From the IMG/VR virus record IMGVR_UViG_2531839667_000010, positions 1 to 48,410 of that record: a stretch of 48,410 bases of DNA; one strand, 5' to 3'. A model generated the notes under the pieces. It saw nothing but the letters and a program-made list of their open reading frames with translations. It ran no database searches and was not told the DNA's origin. A program made the translations under genes and the position numbers. The DNA comes from a virus. Its lineage: Duplodnaviria; Heunggongvirae; Uroviricota; Caudoviricetes. Each line of letters begins with the position of its first letter. Within the stretch, counting starts at the first letter, position 1. Below, piece after piece: positions 47,874 through 48,410 of the stretch.

Positions 47874-48410
47874 CTACTGAGCAAATTTAAGAAAGATATC
47901 CTGCAGCTCATCAATGACTGCAGACATCACATAACCGCACTGTTCCATGCGGAAACCAAAAGACTCGTAATACTGCACCAGTTCTGGTACTGGCTCTACA
48001 ATGTGGACAACTTTACATTCAACAGCTTTACAAAATATAAAAGCACTCATAAGAGTGAGTAAAACCATGCGCCCTTTCAATGGGTGAGATTCATCTTCTC
48101 TAGAAAACCTTTCGATCATATGGATACGAAAGATGTTTTCTTCAACCCCATAAACACAAATTGCTGCTCCTGATGGTATTCCCTGAACCCGACCTTGCTG
48201 AACAAGTTTTATGCAGAACTCATACTTTTCTCTGGAGTTGCCATAGGTGCTTAACGCATAGTCCCATTCAAGCTCACCATAGCCACCACACAGAATCTTG
48301 TAATCATCATCACTGAGCGGACCAACAGCAAGAGGTAAGCCGACATGATCAATAATCAACTGGATATTGTTACGTACAGATTGACCTATCTCGTCTAGGG
48401 TAAGCATCAT
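47874..48410 (-). CDS. Hypothetical protein, possibly GNAT-like acyltransferase fold
   Basis: 178 aa; C-terminal ...PLKGRMVLLTL...VVHIVEPVPELVQYYESFGF loosely resembles GNAT motifs; start coincides with the window edge. Confidence 0.4.
   Translation of the reverse strand: MMLTLDEIGQSVRNNIQLIIDHVGLPLAVGPLSDDDYKILCGGYGELEWDYALSTYGNSREKYEFCIKLVQQGRVQGIPSGAAICVYGVEENIFRIHMIERFSREDESHPLKGRMVLLTLMSAFIFCKAVECKVVHIVEPVPELVQYYESFGFRMEQCGYVMSAVIDELQDIFLKFAQ

Overview
The window is almost entirely a lambda-like (lambdoid) prophage inserted at the 5' end of the host dusA gene in an E. coli-type chromosome. Host genes pspG and dusA occupy 1-1578, followed directly by a divergent tyrosine integrase. The prophage then runs, mostly on the minus strand, through: an SOS-box-controlled dinI-like gene split by a 2.66-kb ISL3-family insertion; a serine invertase with an invertible tail-fibre cassette; a lambda-type tail module (J to G/T, V, U, Z) and head module (FII, FI, E, D, C, B, W, A, Nu1) with a lambda-like cos; a five-gene uncharacterised cluster between Rz and cos; a phage-21-like lysis cassette; a late-operon DNA methyltransferase; Q; a nin-like region (RusA, Dam-like methyltransferase, KilA-N, HNH-like); an O-like initiator with internal iterons; and cro/cI flanked by a shared 18-bp operator. 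A plus-strand pL-type early operon follows cI: a ClpX-zinc-finger-only protein, rdgC with one in-frame stop, an HD hydrolase, a DEDD exonuclease and a PrtN-like protein. No rRNA, tRNA or CRISPR array was found. All family assignments are from reading the translations and from memory of those families; no database search was run. The most unusual loci are the ClpX-zinc-finger gene at the N position with an antisense zinc-ribbon ORF, the Rz-cos gene cluster, the IS-borne passenger gene, the interrupted rdgC and the att-proximal convergent unit.
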